Part shown: piece after piece, positions 50,067 through 60,470 of the stretch | Numbering within the stretch: the stretch's first letter is position 1 | How the letters are laid out: each line of letters begins with the position of its first letter | DNA from: Candidatus Poribacteria bacterium | Lineage (GTDB): Bacteria > Poribacteria > WGA-4E > PCPOR2b | NCBI GenBank assembly: GCA_965116925.1 | Contig: OZ220744.1 | Span: 2,336,001 to 2,400,000 of the forward strand | DNA: 64,000 bases | Reading direction: 5' to 3' | Position numbers and translations under genes: made by a program | Notes under the pieces: generated by a model | The model's input: only the letters and a program-made list of their open reading frames with translations | The model's database searches: none | Told to the model about the DNA's origin: nothing

Positions 50067-51860
50067 ATGAACCTTCCCTATAGTCCCATGCCAAGAATCT
50101 GCATAATCATTTCCCTTATTCTTTTACAAATAATTGGTATTCTGTATCCCTGCTTTGCTGAAGGCGATGACATATTCATCCGATCTGAAATCCACAAACT
50201 TGCTAGTGAAGATACTGAGGGTCGCAAGGCTGCAATCATGACGTTGGCACAGGCCGGGGACCTGCGCGTAGAAGCGATTCTTGAGTCGTATAAATTGGGC
50301 GAATTTTATCTCTGGAATGGCGAGGTGGTGCTTTGCAAAGAAACCGTTGAGGATGAGGATTTCAACGAATTTTGCCTCCTTTCAGACTTACTGACTGGTG
50401 AGGCGATTTTGGATACGGACGGAAAACAGGCTCAAATTCCGTTGGAAGAGTTGGAAGAAATTGCTCCATCGCGGGCAGAACGCAAACTCGCAAATAGCGC
50501 GAAGTTTCTTGTAAGGCTTTCGTCGCCGGATCCTGAGATTCGGAGGTCAGGTGTTAAGAAGTGCGGTGACCCGCCGGGAATTATCGAGGCTGTTCCTCAA
50601 CTTGAGGAGATGGCACAGAACGACCCTATTAAGAAAATTCGGTATATTGCCAAAGAGAGCCTACTCCTCATTCGCCTGAGCCGGACACCTTTAGAGAAGG
50701 ACTCTGACGCACATCTTGAAATTGTTCGTGAGTTGGGGAGCATGAAAAGCCTGCGTGGACTTCCCCGGTTGGAGGAGATGTTTGATGAGCTGATGGTAGA
50801 GGTCGAAGCCTTGCCGGACTTTGAGGAAGGGACAGACATCGAGGACCTTGAACCGGCTGATGCGGAGGCACTGGGTATCTATAAATATGCGATTGCGTAT
50901 AAATACGCGATGAACCAGATTGACAATTATCAAGGTTTTGTGGGGGGGATCGGCAATATATTCCGCGGGCTTTCGCTTGGATCGGTGCTTATATTGATGG
51001 CGTTGGGGCTTGCGATTACTTTCGGTCTGATGGGTGTTATCAATATGGCGCACGGTGAACTGATGATGATCGGTGCTTATGCGACCTTTGAGATGCAGAG
51101 GTTGTTTGGTCATACGCCAGATAATCCGTCCGACTGGTATTATGTTGCAGCACTGCCTGTATCATTTATAGCGGCGGCTTTTGTTGGTTATCTCATTGAG
51201 GTTTCCGTTGTCCGCCACCTGTATCGCCGTCCTTTAGAATCATTGTTAGCGACATGGGGAGTTGGGCTGGTCCTGATTCAGTTAGTACGCATTCGCTACG
51301 GCGATAACATCGGGGTGAACGCACCGACTTGGGCGCGTGGTGGGCTTGAAGTGGTGCAGGATCTCATCGTTCCCTACAGTCGCTGCTTTATTATTCTCTT
51401 GTGCGCTTTGTGTGTGCTGCTGATCTATTACTTGATGAACTACACCAAGCTCGGCTTGCGGATGCGAGCGACCATGCAGAATCGGAATATGGCGAACAGC
51501 ATGGGCGTGAACACACAGCGGGTTGATCGCTATACCTTTGCTTTCGGTTCTGGGATTGCTGGAATCGCGGGGTGTGCGTGGACACTTATCGGCGGTGTTA
51601 CACCTGACATGGGACAAAACAACTTCATCATTGATTCATTTTTGGTTGTTGTCACAGGGGGCGTGGGCGAATTGATTGGTGTTATCTGTGCGGGGTTGGG
51701 GATTGGCGTATTGATGAAGGTTATTGAGCCGTTGGGAATTGGTTCTATGGTGGTTGGGGCAATTTGGGCGAAAATCTTACTCCTGATTATTATTGTTGGG
51801 TTCATCCAGTTTAAGCCTGCGGGCTTGTTCGCACCGAAAGGCAGACTCAGTGATGTTTAG
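50067..51860 (+). CDS. urtB: Urea ABC transporter permease with N-terminal HEAT-like domain
   Basis: GLAITFGLMGVINMAHGE, RPLESLLATWG, IDSFLVVV. Confidence 0.92.
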   Translation: MNLPYSPMPRICIIISLILLQIIGILYPCFAEGDDIFIRSEIHKLASEDTEGRKAAIMTLAQAGDLRVEAILESYKLGEFYLWNGEVVLCKETVEDEDFNEFCLLSDLLTGEAILDTDGKQAQIPLEELEEIAPSRAERKLANSAKFLVRLSSPDPEIRRSGVKKCGDPPGIIEAVPQLEEMAQNDPIKKIRYIAKESLLLIRLSRTPLEKDSDAHLEIVRELGSMKSLRGLPRLEEMFDELMVEVEALPDFEEGTDIEDLEPADAEALGIYKYAIAYKYAMNQIDNYQGFVGGIGNIFRGLSLGSVLILMALGLAITFGLMGVINMAHGELMMIGAYATFEMQRLFGHTPDNPSDWYYVAALPVSFIAAAFVGYLIEVSVVRHLYRRPLESLLATWGVGLVLIQLVRIRYGDNIGVNAPTWARGGLEVVQDLIVPYSRCFIILLCALCVLLIYYLMNYTKLGLRMRATMQNRNMANSMGVNTQRVDRYTFAFGSGIAGIAGCAWTLIGGVTPDMGQNNFIIDSFLVVVTGGVGELIGVICAGLGIGVLMKVIEPLGIGSMVVGAIWAKILLLIIIVGFIQFKPAGLFAPKGRLSDV

Positions 51861-53103
51861 AAAAGCTGGAATTACACAAATGAGTGATCAAGGGTCGAGC
51901 GAAGGGAGTTCCCAATCTATCGAGAGAAATGAACAGGAGTTATGGCAGGATAGAAAAATCGAATCGGAGAGAGGTCTAGTCAACGACCAATTGTCAATTT
52001 TTCTCCGTCGCTATGTACCGTGGGGGCTGTTTTTCATTGGCTTGGTTGTCATCCCTGCCTTGTACTACATGGAGCTGATTACCCTCGGAACGGTAAATAT
52101 GCTCGGTCGGTACATGGCGTTTGCGATTGTTGCGGTGGGGCTTGATCTTATCTGGGGCTACACCGGTATCTTGAGCTTGTGCCAAGCCTTCTTTTTCGCG
52201 TTGGGCGGTTATGCGATGGGGATGTATTTGGCGCACCATGGCGGGCCGGAGGGGATTATAGATATGAATAACTGGAAAATCCCTGCCTGCCTGTATGTGG
52301 TTTATCCGTATAAAGTTGGTGAAGTGCCGGGAGATGCCCTCGTTCCATGGTTCTGGAAGCCGTTCTATACGCTTCCGGTCACAGTGATTTTGGGATTGCT
52401 GATTCCGGGTGTAGCAGCTTTGGCGATTGGCTATTTCGGCTTTAAGAGTCGAGTTCGTGGGGTCTACTTTGCCATTCTGACGCAAGCGATTACGGTCGCT
52501 GGGTGGCTGGTGTTCTGTATGAATAACATGAAGCTGTGTGGTACAAATGGCTTGACACGCTTTGACCGAATCGCGGGGTTTAAGCTGACAAATCCTCATG
52601 TCAAAGTGAGCCTGTATATCATCACGCTTCTGGCACTTGTTGGGGTTTACGCGTTATGCAAGCAGATGGTCAGATCTCGTCTGGGGCGTATCCTCATCGC
52701 CATCCGAGATGACGAAACCACCTTACGATTTTCAGGCTATAAGCCGTACATCTATAAGCTCTTCGCTTTTAGCCTTGCGGGAATGATTGCTGGACTCGGT
52801 GGAATGCTGTACGCGCCGCAGATGGGTATTTTTACACCGACGAACATGGAAGCAGGCGCTTCTATCTTGGTGGTTGTCTGGGTCGCGGTTGGCGGGCGTG
52901 GTGCGTTGTCCGGGGCGATTCTCGGTACATTGGCTGTGAATCTGCTTTATAATTATTTTACTTCTGAGAAGAACTTATTGCTGTTTACTTGGCGGGCGGA
53001 ATATTGGCAGTTTATTTTGGGTGGGTTGTTTATTGGAGTAGTTTTGCTGTTCCCTGGAGGGTTAGTCGATCTATGGCATCGCTTGGTGGGTAAGGCGAAA
53101 TGA
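51853..53103 (+). CDS. urtC: Urea ABC transporter permease
   Basis: DLIWGYTGILSL, SRVRGVYFAILTQA, AIRDDE, WVAVGGRG. Confidence 0.92.
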   Translation: MFRKAGITQMSDQGSSEGSSQSIERNEQELWQDRKIESERGLVNDQLSIFLRRYVPWGLFFIGLVVIPALYYMELITLGTVNMLGRYMAFAIVAVGLDLIWGYTGILSLCQAFFFALGGYAMGMYLAHHGGPEGIIDMNNWKIPACLYVVYPYKVGEVPGDALVPWFWKPFYTLPVTVILGLLIPGVAALAIGYFGFKSRVRGVYFAILTQAITVAGWLVFCMNNMKLCGTNGLTRFDRIAGFKLTNPHVKVSLYIITLLALVGVYALCKQMVRSRLGRILIAIRDDETTLRFSGYKPYIYKLFAFSLAGMIAGLGGMLYAPQMGIFTPTNMEAGASILVVVWVAVGGRGALSGAILGTLAVNLLYNYFTSEKNLLLFTWRAEYWQFILGGLFIGVVLLFPGGLVDLWHRLVGKAK

Positions 53104-53133
53104 GGATAATCATTGAGGAGGAGCACTGTTAAT

Positions 53134-53934
53134 ATGAACCAAGCCCAACGGATTGCTGCATACAAAGAATATAGCCCACGCGACAGTCGATTTACCGAGG
53201 AGCGGTATCTGCTCTTTTTGGAGGATATTACCGCTGTCTTTGATGGGTTCAAGGCGTTGGATATAGAGGCATTGGGGATTGAATATAACGAACTCCGTGT
53301 AATTATTGGTCCTAATGGCGCGGGCAAAACGACGCTCTGCGATGTTGTGAGCGGGAAAACTCGACCGACGACCGGATCTGTCTTTTATGATGGTGCCGAT
53401 ATTACCCAACAGACAGAAGCGGAAATTGCCCTGCGGGGAATTGGCAGAAAATTTCAGACACCCACCGTTTTTGATAGCCTCACAACCTATGAGAATATGG
53501 AGATTGCTTTGCCCGGCCACTTCCGCCTGTGGTCGAACCTGTTTGGTTCCACGACGAAAGCCCAGCGTGAGCGGATTATGGAGATTTTGAAGCGTGTTGG
53601 ACTTGCCGATGAGCTACACCGCGAAGCGAAATATCTGAGTCATGGGCAGCGTCAGTGGCTGGCGATTAGCACGCTGATCCTCTCGGACCCTAAGCTGCTT
53701 CTTGTTGATGAACCTGCTGCGGGTTTGACAGACGCAGAAACGGCGTTGACTGCCGAACTTCTCCTCGAATTAAAGGCGGACCACACGCTCATTGTCATCG
53801 AACACGATATGGATTTTGTGCGTCAACTCGATTCTTTTGTGACCGTACTGAATGAGGGAGTTATCATGGCGGAAGGAATGATGCACGAGGTTCAGCAGAA
53901 CGAGGAGGTTATTGAGGCGTACCTCGGACGGTAG
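53134..53934 (+). CDS. urtD: Urea ABC transporter ATP-binding protein
   Basis: GPNGAGKTT, GIGRKFQ, LSHGQRQWL, EHDMDFV. Confidence 0.92.
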   Translation: MNQAQRIAAYKEYSPRDSRFTEERYLLFLEDITAVFDGFKALDIEALGIEYNELRVIIGPNGAGKTTLCDVVSGKTRPTTGSVFYDGADITQQTEAEIALRGIGRKFQTPTVFDSLTTYENMEIALPGHFRLWSNLFGSTTKAQRERIMEILKRVGLADELHREAKYLSHGQRQWLAISTLILSDPKLLLVDEPAAGLTDAETALTAELLLELKADHTLIVIEHDMDFVRQLDSFVTVLNEGVIMAEGMMHEVQQNEEVIEAYLGR

Positions 53935-53947
53935 CGACCAAAATACT

Positions 53948-54643
53948 ATGCTTACAGTGTCAAATCTTTCATTTTCATACGGGGAAGTTCAGGTGTTGCG
54001 TGGAGTTGACGTTCATGTGCCTGCGGAGACCATTGTCTCTATGATGGGTCGCAATGGCGTTGGCAAAACGACGTTGATGAACAACATCGTCGGATTGCTC
54101 AAACCATCGTCCGGTTCAATTCAGATCGAAGAACAGGAGCTTGTAGGGGTCGCAGCACATCGTCGGATTCGTGCGGGGTTGGCTTATGTGCCGCAAGGAC
54201 GGATGATCTTTCCGCGGTTGACTGTTGAGGAGAATTTAAGGGTTGGACTCTCGGCGCGGGCGGACAAGCAGACGCAGATTCCTGACGAGATATATGAACT
54301 TTTCCCGATTCTCAGGGAGATGGGGAGCCGGATGGGGGGCGATCTCTCCGGTGGTCAACAGCAGCAGCTCGCTATTGGACGGGCCCTTGTCACCGATCCA
54401 AAAGTGCTGATCCTTGACGAACCGACAGAAGGGATTCAACCGAACATCATACAACAGATTGGGACGGTGCTGCGCCAGTTGGTTGAAACCAAGCGGATGA
54501 CAATCCTCATCGTTGAGCAGTATCTCGATTTTGTTCGGGAGTTCTGTCAGCAATTTTACATTATGAACCGCGGTGAGATTGTCGCAGACGGTGAGACCAG
54601 CGCGCTCAACGAAAACATGATCCGGGAGTACCTTAGCGTTTAG
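53948..54643 (+). CDS. urtE: Urea ABC transporter ATP-binding protein
   Basis: GRNGVGKTT, YVPQGR, GDLSGGQQQQLAIGRAL, DEPTEGIQP. Confidence 0.92.
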   Translation: MLTVSNLSFSYGEVQVLRGVDVHVPAETIVSMMGRNGVGKTTLMNNIVGLLKPSSGSIQIEEQELVGVAAHRRIRAGLAYVPQGRMIFPRLTVEENLRVGLSARADKQTQIPDEIYELFPILREMGSRMGGDLSGGQQQQLAIGRALVTDPKVLILDEPTEGIQPNIIQQIGTVLRQLVETKRMTILIVEQYLDFVREFCQQFYIMNRGEIVADGETSALNENMIREYLSV

Positions 54644-54644
54644 T

Positions 54645-55493
54645 ATGTCACGCATTGACTCTAGCGCCGGGCGTCACGGCGAACTTAAACTCTCTTTTGT
54701 ACAACAGGACGATCGAACTGTGATGGCGGAGAGTTTCTTTCGGGTGCCGTTACAGGTGATGAAGCCCCGTTACGACGCGTCGGGTTGTGTTTGTGTGTAC
54801 CTGTTGAGTCCGACGGGCGGCGTGGTTCAGGGGGACGACTACCAGATTGAGGTGACACTTGCGCCCAACACTCACGCGACGCTGACGACGCAAGCGGCGA
54901 CAAAGGTTTATGCCATGCCGCTTCAGGGGGCTACGCAATCAATGCGGGTGCGGGTTGGGAAAGATGCGATCTTTGAATACCTGCCTGATTCGACAATTCT
55001 GTTTCGAGATGCGAACTATAGTCAGGGCATCTCCCTCTTTTTGGAGCGTGGGGCAAAGGTTGCTTTGCAGGAGATTGTCATGCCGGGGCGATTGGCGCGG
55101 GGCGAGACGTTGGTATTTACACAGTACCAGAGTCGCATTGAGGCATCCGATTCGGAGGGGTTGGTGCTCTATGATACCTGCTGTATTGAACCGAAGTGTC
55201 AGCCTTACCTCACTGGTCCCGGTGTATTGGAAGGATATCCGTGTTGGGGCAGTTGGTATCTGATTGGCGATTTTGAGATGGCTTGGTGGGAGATGCTCTG
55301 TGATTTTGCGGAGCCAGTCCTCAATCAACCACCGAAATCGATTGGTGGATTGTCCCAACTACATCGGGGTGGTATTGCTATCCGGTTACTTGCTCATAAC
55401 GCAGAGGTGATTCAATCTGCCTTTCAAACGATCTGGAATTGGTTGAAAACGGAGCACTTGGGACTCGAAACAGTTGATTTGAGAAAGTATTAG
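54645..55493 (+). CDS. ureD: Urease accessory protein UreD
   Basis: GGVVQGD, TTQAATKVY, EYLPD, PGRLARGE, LRKY end. Confidence 0.92.
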   Translation: MSRIDSSAGRHGELKLSFVQQDDRTVMAESFFRVPLQVMKPRYDASGCVCVYLLSPTGGVVQGDDYQIEVTLAPNTHATLTTQAATKVYAMPLQGATQSMRVRVGKDAIFEYLPDSTILFRDANYSQGISLFLERGAKVALQEIVMPGRLARGETLVFTQYQSRIEASDSEGLVLYDTCCIEPKCQPYLTGPGVLEGYPCWGSWYLIGDFEMAWWEMLCDFAEPVLNQPPKSIGGLSQLHRGGIAIRLLAHNAEVIQSAFQTIWNWLKTEHLGLETVDLRKY

Positions 55494-55511
55494 ACTTGGA
55501 GGAGATGACCT

Positions 55512-55814
55512 ATGAACCTGACACCGCGTGAACAAGAGAAATTGATGATTTATGTTGCTGCGCAGCTTGCCAAGGATCGGCGAGCTCGCGGTTTAACGCT
55601 GAACTATCCTGAAGCGGTTGCTATCATCACCGCCGAAATCTTGGAGGGCATCCGCGACGGGAAATCGGTTGCAGACTTGATGCAGTACGGTACAACACTG
55701 TTGAGCCGTGATGATGTGATGGAGGGTGTACCGGAGATGCTGCATGAGGTGCAGGTCGAAGGGACGTTCCCTGATGGCACGAAGCTTGTTACTGTTCACA
55801 ACCCAATTCGGTAG
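55512..55814 (+). CDS. ureA: Urease gamma subunit
   Basis: [32 protein letters not shown]. Confidence 0.97.
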   Translation: MNLTPREQEKLMIYVAAQLAKDRRARGLTLNYPEAVAIITAEILEGIRDGKSVADLMQYGTTLLSRDDVMEGVPEMLHEVQVEGTFPDGTKLVTVHNPIR

Positions 55815-55822
55815 GAGTAAAA

Positions 55823-56137
55823 ATGATTCCCGGAGAATATATACTTGCGGAAGAGAGTATCACCGCCAATGATGGGCGTGAAACTGTCGAGTTGACCGTT
55901 GCTAACACGGGTGATAGACCGATACAGGTCGGCTCGCACTTCCACTTTTTTGAGGTGAACACCGCGCTCCAATTTGAGCGGGAGAAGGCGTTTGGGATGC
56001 GGTTGAATATCCCCTCCGGTGTGGCTGTCCGCTTTGAGCCGGGGGACGAAAAAACGGTGACGCTTACGGAATTAAAGGGCAGACGAATTGTGCACGGATT
56101 GAACAATCGAACCGACGGACCGCTTGATAAAGGGTAG
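55823..56137 (+). CDS. ureB: Urease beta subunit
   Basis: [29 protein letters not shown]. Confidence 0.97.
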   Translation: MIPGEYILAEESITANDGRETVELTVANTGDRPIQVGSHFHFFEVNTALQFEREKAFGMRLNIPSGVAVRFEPGDEKTVTLTELKGRRIVHGLNNRTDGPLDKG

Positions 56138-56381
56138 GAAATCTGCCTTCGATTGGTACTTTTCTGATTTATATATAACGCAAGTTGCTAGGGCGTGTTG
56201 ACATCTTGAAGCTGCTCATTCGGCAAATGCTGTAATCATCAAGTAATCTGTCAAATGTAGCGCGAACTGTTAGTTTGCAGGTTAGGATCACAATCTAACA
56301 GATCGTGGTACAAAAGTAGATTGTAGGTCGAGTTGCACTTTACTTTATTATATGAACCAGTAGGGGATATAACGAAAAAAA

Positions 56382-58100
56382 ATGGCACTCAATATTCCAC
56401 GACGAACATATACAGACATCTACGGACCGACCGTCGGCGATAAGGTGCGCCTTGCGGACACTGAGCTATTTATTGAGGTCGAGAAAGATCATACAGTTTA
56501 CGGCGATGAGTCGAAATTTGGGGGCGGTAAGACGCTGCGCGACGGGATGGGACAGATGCCCGGTGCCACAAGCACGGAAGGGGTCCTTGATCTCGTCCTG
56601 ACCAACGCTCTGATTCTGGACTATTGGGGAATTGTTAAGGCGGATATCGGCGTGCGTGACGGAAAGATTGTCGGGATTGGGAAGTCCGGGAATCCGAACA
56701 TCATGGATGGTGTCAGCGATGGTATGGTTGTCGGCGCGGGGACGGAAGTCATTGCCGCCGAGGGGATGATTGTGACGCCGGGGGGACTTGATGTCCATAT
56801 CCACTTCATCTGTCCACAGCAGATTGATGAGGCGCTTTCGTCAGGAGTCACAACGATGATTGGTGGCGGAACCGGACCCGCAACCGGCACAAACGCCACC
56901 ACCTGCACCCCCGGTGTGTGGAATATCGAGCGGATGTTGGAAGCCGCTGAGGGGTTCCCAATTAACCTCGGCTTTCTGGGTAAGGGGAACTCATCGCTGC
57001 CGGAGTCGCTCAACGAACAGATTGAGGCAGGTGCGCTAGGGCTAAAACTTCATGAGGATTGGGGAACAACGCCTGCTGCGATTGATTGTTGTCTATCTGT
57101 CGCTGATCAGTACGATGTGCAGGTTGCCATCCACACCGACACACTCAACGAGGCGGGTTTTGTCGAAGATTCGATCGCTGCGTTCAAAGGGCGAACGATT
57201 CACACGTACCACACAGAAGGCGCAGGCGGTGGCCATGCGCCGGACATCATCAAAGTCTGTGGTCACAACAATGTTCTGCCTTCCTCGACCAACCCGACAC
57301 GACCGTTCACGGTCAACACGATTGATGAGCACCTCGACATGCTGATGGTTTGTCACCATCTCGATGCCTCTATTCCGGAAGATCTCGCCTTCGCTGAGTC
57401 GCGGATTCGACCGGAGACCATCGCTGCTGAAGATGTCCTGCACGATCTCGGTGCCTTTAGCATGATGGCATCGGATTCGCAGGCGATGGGGCGTGTTGGT
57501 GAAGTCATTCTCCGCACATGGCAGACCGCACACAAGATGCGGGAGCAACGTGGTCGTCTGCCTGAAGAGAGGGGTGCCAACGATAACGTCCGTGCAAAAC
57601 GGTACGTCGCTAAGTACGCGATCAATCCGGCAATCACCCACGGTATCAGTGACTATGTTGGGTCGATTGAGGTGGGTAAATTAGCGGATCTTGTTATCTG
57701 GGATCCGGCGTTTTTCGGTGTCAAACCGCAATTGGTGTTAAAGGGTGGATTCCTTGTCTGGGCGGCGATGGGGGATGCTAACGCCTCGATTCCGACGCCG
57801 CAGCCCGTTTTGGGCCGCCCGATGTTCGGTGCGTTTGGGCGTGTTCCCTATTCTACCTCGTATACTTTTGTCTCGCAGGCGGGTGCTGAAAGAGAGATGG
57901 GGAATCGTCTCGGTCTGCAAAAGCCGACTGTCCCTGTGAAAAACTGCCGTGAAGTGGACAAATCGTCGATGATAAACAATACCTACCTACCGAAAATTGA
58001 GGTAAACCCCGAAACCTACGAAGTCCGCGCTGACGGTGAACTCCTCACCTGTGAACCCGCCGAAGTCCTTCCGATGGCACAGCGTTACTTTCTATTTTGA
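56382..58100 (+). CDS. ureC: Urease alpha subunit
   Basis: [49 protein letters not shown]. Confidence 0.98.
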   Translation: MALNIPRRTYTDIYGPTVGDKVRLADTELFIEVEKDHTVYGDESKFGGGKTLRDGMGQMPGATSTEGVLDLVLTNALILDYWGIVKADIGVRDGKIVGIGKSGNPNIMDGVSDGMVVGAGTEVIAAEGMIVTPGGLDVHIHFICPQQIDEALSSGVTTMIGGGTGPATGTNATTCTPGVWNIERMLEAAEGFPINLGFLGKGNSSLPESLNEQIEAGALGLKLHEDWGTTPAAIDCCLSVADQYDVQVAIHTDTLNEAGFVEDSIAAFKGRTIHTYHTEGAGGGHAPDIIKVCGHNNVLPSSTNPTRPFTVNTIDEHLDMLMVCHHLDASIPEDLAFAESRIRPETIAAEDVLHDLGAFSMMASDSQAMGRVGEVILRTWQTAHKMREQRGRLPEERGANDNVRAKRYVAKYAINPAITHGISDYVGSIEVGKLADLVIWDPAFFGVKPQLVLKGGFLVWAAMGDANASIPTPQPVLGRPMFGAFGRVPYSTSYTFVSQAGAEREMGNRLGLQKPTVPVKNCREVDKSSMINNTYLPKIEVNPETYEVRADGELLTCEPAEVLPMAQRYFLF

Positions 58101-58326
58101 AAGATTCGATAGTTGCCTCCATTGGCGTGCGTGTGCACCCTCTACAATCTTATCAAGAAATTTCCTCGAATTTTTGATTCCCAGTCCATCTCCAACTATA
58201 TGCTTGACCGAAATCCTGCTATAATACTATAATTATCAGTAGAGTCATTTTACTCGTAGATGGGTAAACATAATACCTTTTTCGATAGGAACTTGCGTCA
58301 AAATATAGACTTAGGAGGACGCTACG

Positions 58327-58707
58327 CTGAATTGTCCATTCTGCCCCCCAAGGGTCAACGACGAATCGGTTCGACTTGAGAATGAGTTGAGTCTCTTTAT
58401 AGATCTAAAACACTCGGTGCTGCAAGGGTCGGGAATTATTGTGCCAAAAGCTCATCGCGAATCAACGTTTGATCTCACTACAGAAGAATTTAGCTCCACA
58501 TTTTCACTCCTTACCGAAGTCAAAGCACTGATTGATGCTGAATACAATCCGCAGGGCTACAATTTGGGTTGGAATTGCGGTGGGATAGCTGGGCAAACGG
58601 TATTCCATGCCCATTTGCATGTTATTCCACGTTATGCGTCCGAACCTTATGCAGGTAGAGGAATTCGTTACTGGCTCAAGCAGGAATCCAATCGGCGTAG
58701 CACCTAA
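58327..58707 (+). CDS. HIT family hydrolase, probable CTG start
   Basis: N-terminal CPFC, IVPKAH, AGQTVFHAHLHVIPR; AGGAGG 8 nt before CTG; in-frame TAG at 58312. Confidence 0.85.
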   Translation: MNCPFCPPRVNDESVRLENELSLFIDLKHSVLQGSGIIVPKAHRESTFDLTTEEFSSTFSLLTEVKALIDAEYNPQGYNLGWNCGGIAGQTVFHAHLHVIPRYASEPYAGRGIRYWLKQESNRRST

Positions 58708-58892
58708 CAAATCGTTAGCTTGGTTGTGGGCAAAGTTCCGCTTCCACTGAATTTAGTTGTTTAGGTAGCAAAACATTGGCTGGTGCTGCTATGAATTGCG
58801 TTGAATCTAAAAGACTACAGGACCTGCTTTCATCACTATCGAGTCTACACGCCTAAAGCGGAAAACATGATTAATAATGGTCAGAGACTTTA

Positions 58893-59120
58893 ATGCGATA
58901 TAGCCACTCAAATAAACATATTCGTGATGCAATTCGTTACGCTGAAAACAAAGGTTGGAACGTTACAAAAGCGGGAGCTCGAGCACACATCTGGGGGACA
59001 CTATGGTGTCAGCAGCGTACCCGCGAGGGCTGTTTCATTCGAGTCATGTCAACGCCGCGAAATCCTGAACGACATGCCCGTGACATCCGCCGCTATGTTG
59101 ACCGTTGCCCTCATTCTTAA
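58893..59120 (+). CDS. Small basic HicA-like putative toxin
   Basis: 75 aa, basic, AIRYAENKGW...AHIWG...STPRNPE; paired with a downstream acidic ORF. Confidence 0.55.
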   Translation: MRYSHSNKHIRDAIRYAENKGWNVTKAGARAHIWGTLWCQQRTREGCFIRVMSTPRNPERHARDIRRYVDRCPHS

Positions 59121-59162
59121 CAAAGGGAGCAGATGAGATAATCAATGAGAGAGGTATTTACC

Positions 59163-59495
59163 ATGAAAGCACATGAATTCACACTGATTTTAACAGCTGA
59201 TCCAAATGAAGAAGAATCGGATCGACTCTATAGCATCTTTGATGATGGTACGCTTGCCACTGTTGCCGGGGTGCCGCAGATTCACTTTCATCGCGAAGCG
59301 CGGTTATTGGAGGAAGCCATCGATTCTGCGCTGATGGCTGTCAAAAGAGCCGGTTTTGATGTTGTCCGTGTGGAAATCGAACCGGAGGTGATGCAAGAGA
59401 CACAGGTATCTCAAGCAGAACATCAACTGCATGATATTACCACCCAACAAACCGATGTCCTTGAAAGTAGGCTGTGGGTCGGCTATATATGGTAA
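59163..59495 (+). CDS. Acidic HicB-like putative antitoxin
   Basis: HEFTLIL...FHREA..LEEAIDSAL..V..AGF.V.RVE; follows the putative toxin. Confidence 0.55.
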   Translation: MKAHEFTLILTADPNEEESDRLYSIFDDGTLATVAGVPQIHFHREARLLEEAIDSALMAVKRAGFDVVRVEIEPEVMQETQVSQAEHQLHDITTQQTDVLESRLWVGYIW

Positions 59496-59560
59496 ATCGA
59501 CGGTATCTTGATCTCGTGTAGCGGCTTATTCAACCGTTTCATTGAGAGAGGTGTGCAGCA

Positions 59561-60169
59561 ATGAGGACGATTGTCATACTATGAGTGGTATTCTTCGTTA
59601 TTATTGGCTGCGATGATGATGAATTTCACAATAGTTTACCTATCATTGACCGTTTAATTCTGCCTGAGGAGGTGAGTCCGGGGGCTAGCGTGGAGTTGCG
59701 AGTGGTTGCGCGCGACAGGGACGGCGATGTGTTGATCTATGTCTGGGAAGTGGACAAGGGCAAACTGGATTCAAGGACGGGACAAATCGTGAAATGGACG
59801 GTCCCTATAAAGCCAAAGCGGTGGGTGGAGTTGGTCTCGGAAGTACGCTCAAGCGTGTGACGGAAGAACTTGGGATTGCAGAGAAGGTTGAAGAGGGCGG
59901 AGAGGTACATTGGTATTGGAAAAAGGGCATTGAGTTTATGGTGCATTAGAGAAATAAGTAAACATTTACCAATAACCTTGACCTTCGCAGAGTGGTCAAA
60001 GTCCCCCTGATAAGGGGGATTTAGGGGGTTGGCTGTGCATTGGGAGTGTCTAAGTAATTCTAAAATTTACCATAGTTACGATGCTGATGCCAAGGTTAGG
60101 AACATTTCGATCTTTAAGCCTGTCGGTGCGGCTCCTGTAGGATTCGACGGAACTTTACTAGCTGAGTAG
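59561..60169 (+). pseudogene. Degraded paralog of the 60471-61550 lipoprotein
   Basis: TGG>TGA stop at codon 8, internal deletion of about 550 bp, MITE insertion; C-terminal remnant WYWKKGI...YDAD...FKPVGAAP aligns with the paralog. Confidence 0.85.
59939..60072. mobile_element. 134-bp MITE with TA target-site duplication
   Basis: TA at 59937-38 and 60073-74; removing the element and one TA restores the pseudogene's reading frame. Confidence 0.85.
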
Positions 60170-60350
60170 GTGTGGGACTTAAAGCTAGTAGTACAAAAGA
60201 CACAGGTATTTCAAGTAGAATGGTAACTGCGGGGTATTATTGCCTATCAAACCTTACCCTTGAAGGGAGATCCAAGTAGGTTTGACAGCCTCCGATAAAC
60301 CCGCGTTATCTTGGTTTCGTCTAGTCTGACGTTGTAGCTTATTTCATTTT

Positions 60351-60441
60351 GGCTCATGTTAAGAAAGAGTGCAACAGAAATCGTAGGGGCGGGGTCTCCC
60401 CGCCCGCGCTTCGCATTTTGCACTTTCTTTTTATATGAGCC
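60351..60441. mobile_element. 91-bp MITE with 8-bp target-site duplication
   Basis: GGCTCATGTTAAGAAAGAGTGCAA / TTGCACTTTCTTTTTATATGAGCC; TTCATTTT on both sides; one REP inside. Confidence 0.85.
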
Positions 60442-60470
60442 TTCATTTTTTATCAATAGGAGCCATACTA

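Noticed and set aside
50067..50940. Long N-terminal extension of UrtB
   Set aside because: HEAT-like periplasmic extensions are already known in UrtB proteins
59582..59584. In-frame TGA as possible selenocysteine, given selABC nearby
   Set aside because: Aligns with Trp (TGG) in the paralog's signal peptide, and the gene has other lesions; no selenoprotein was identified in the window
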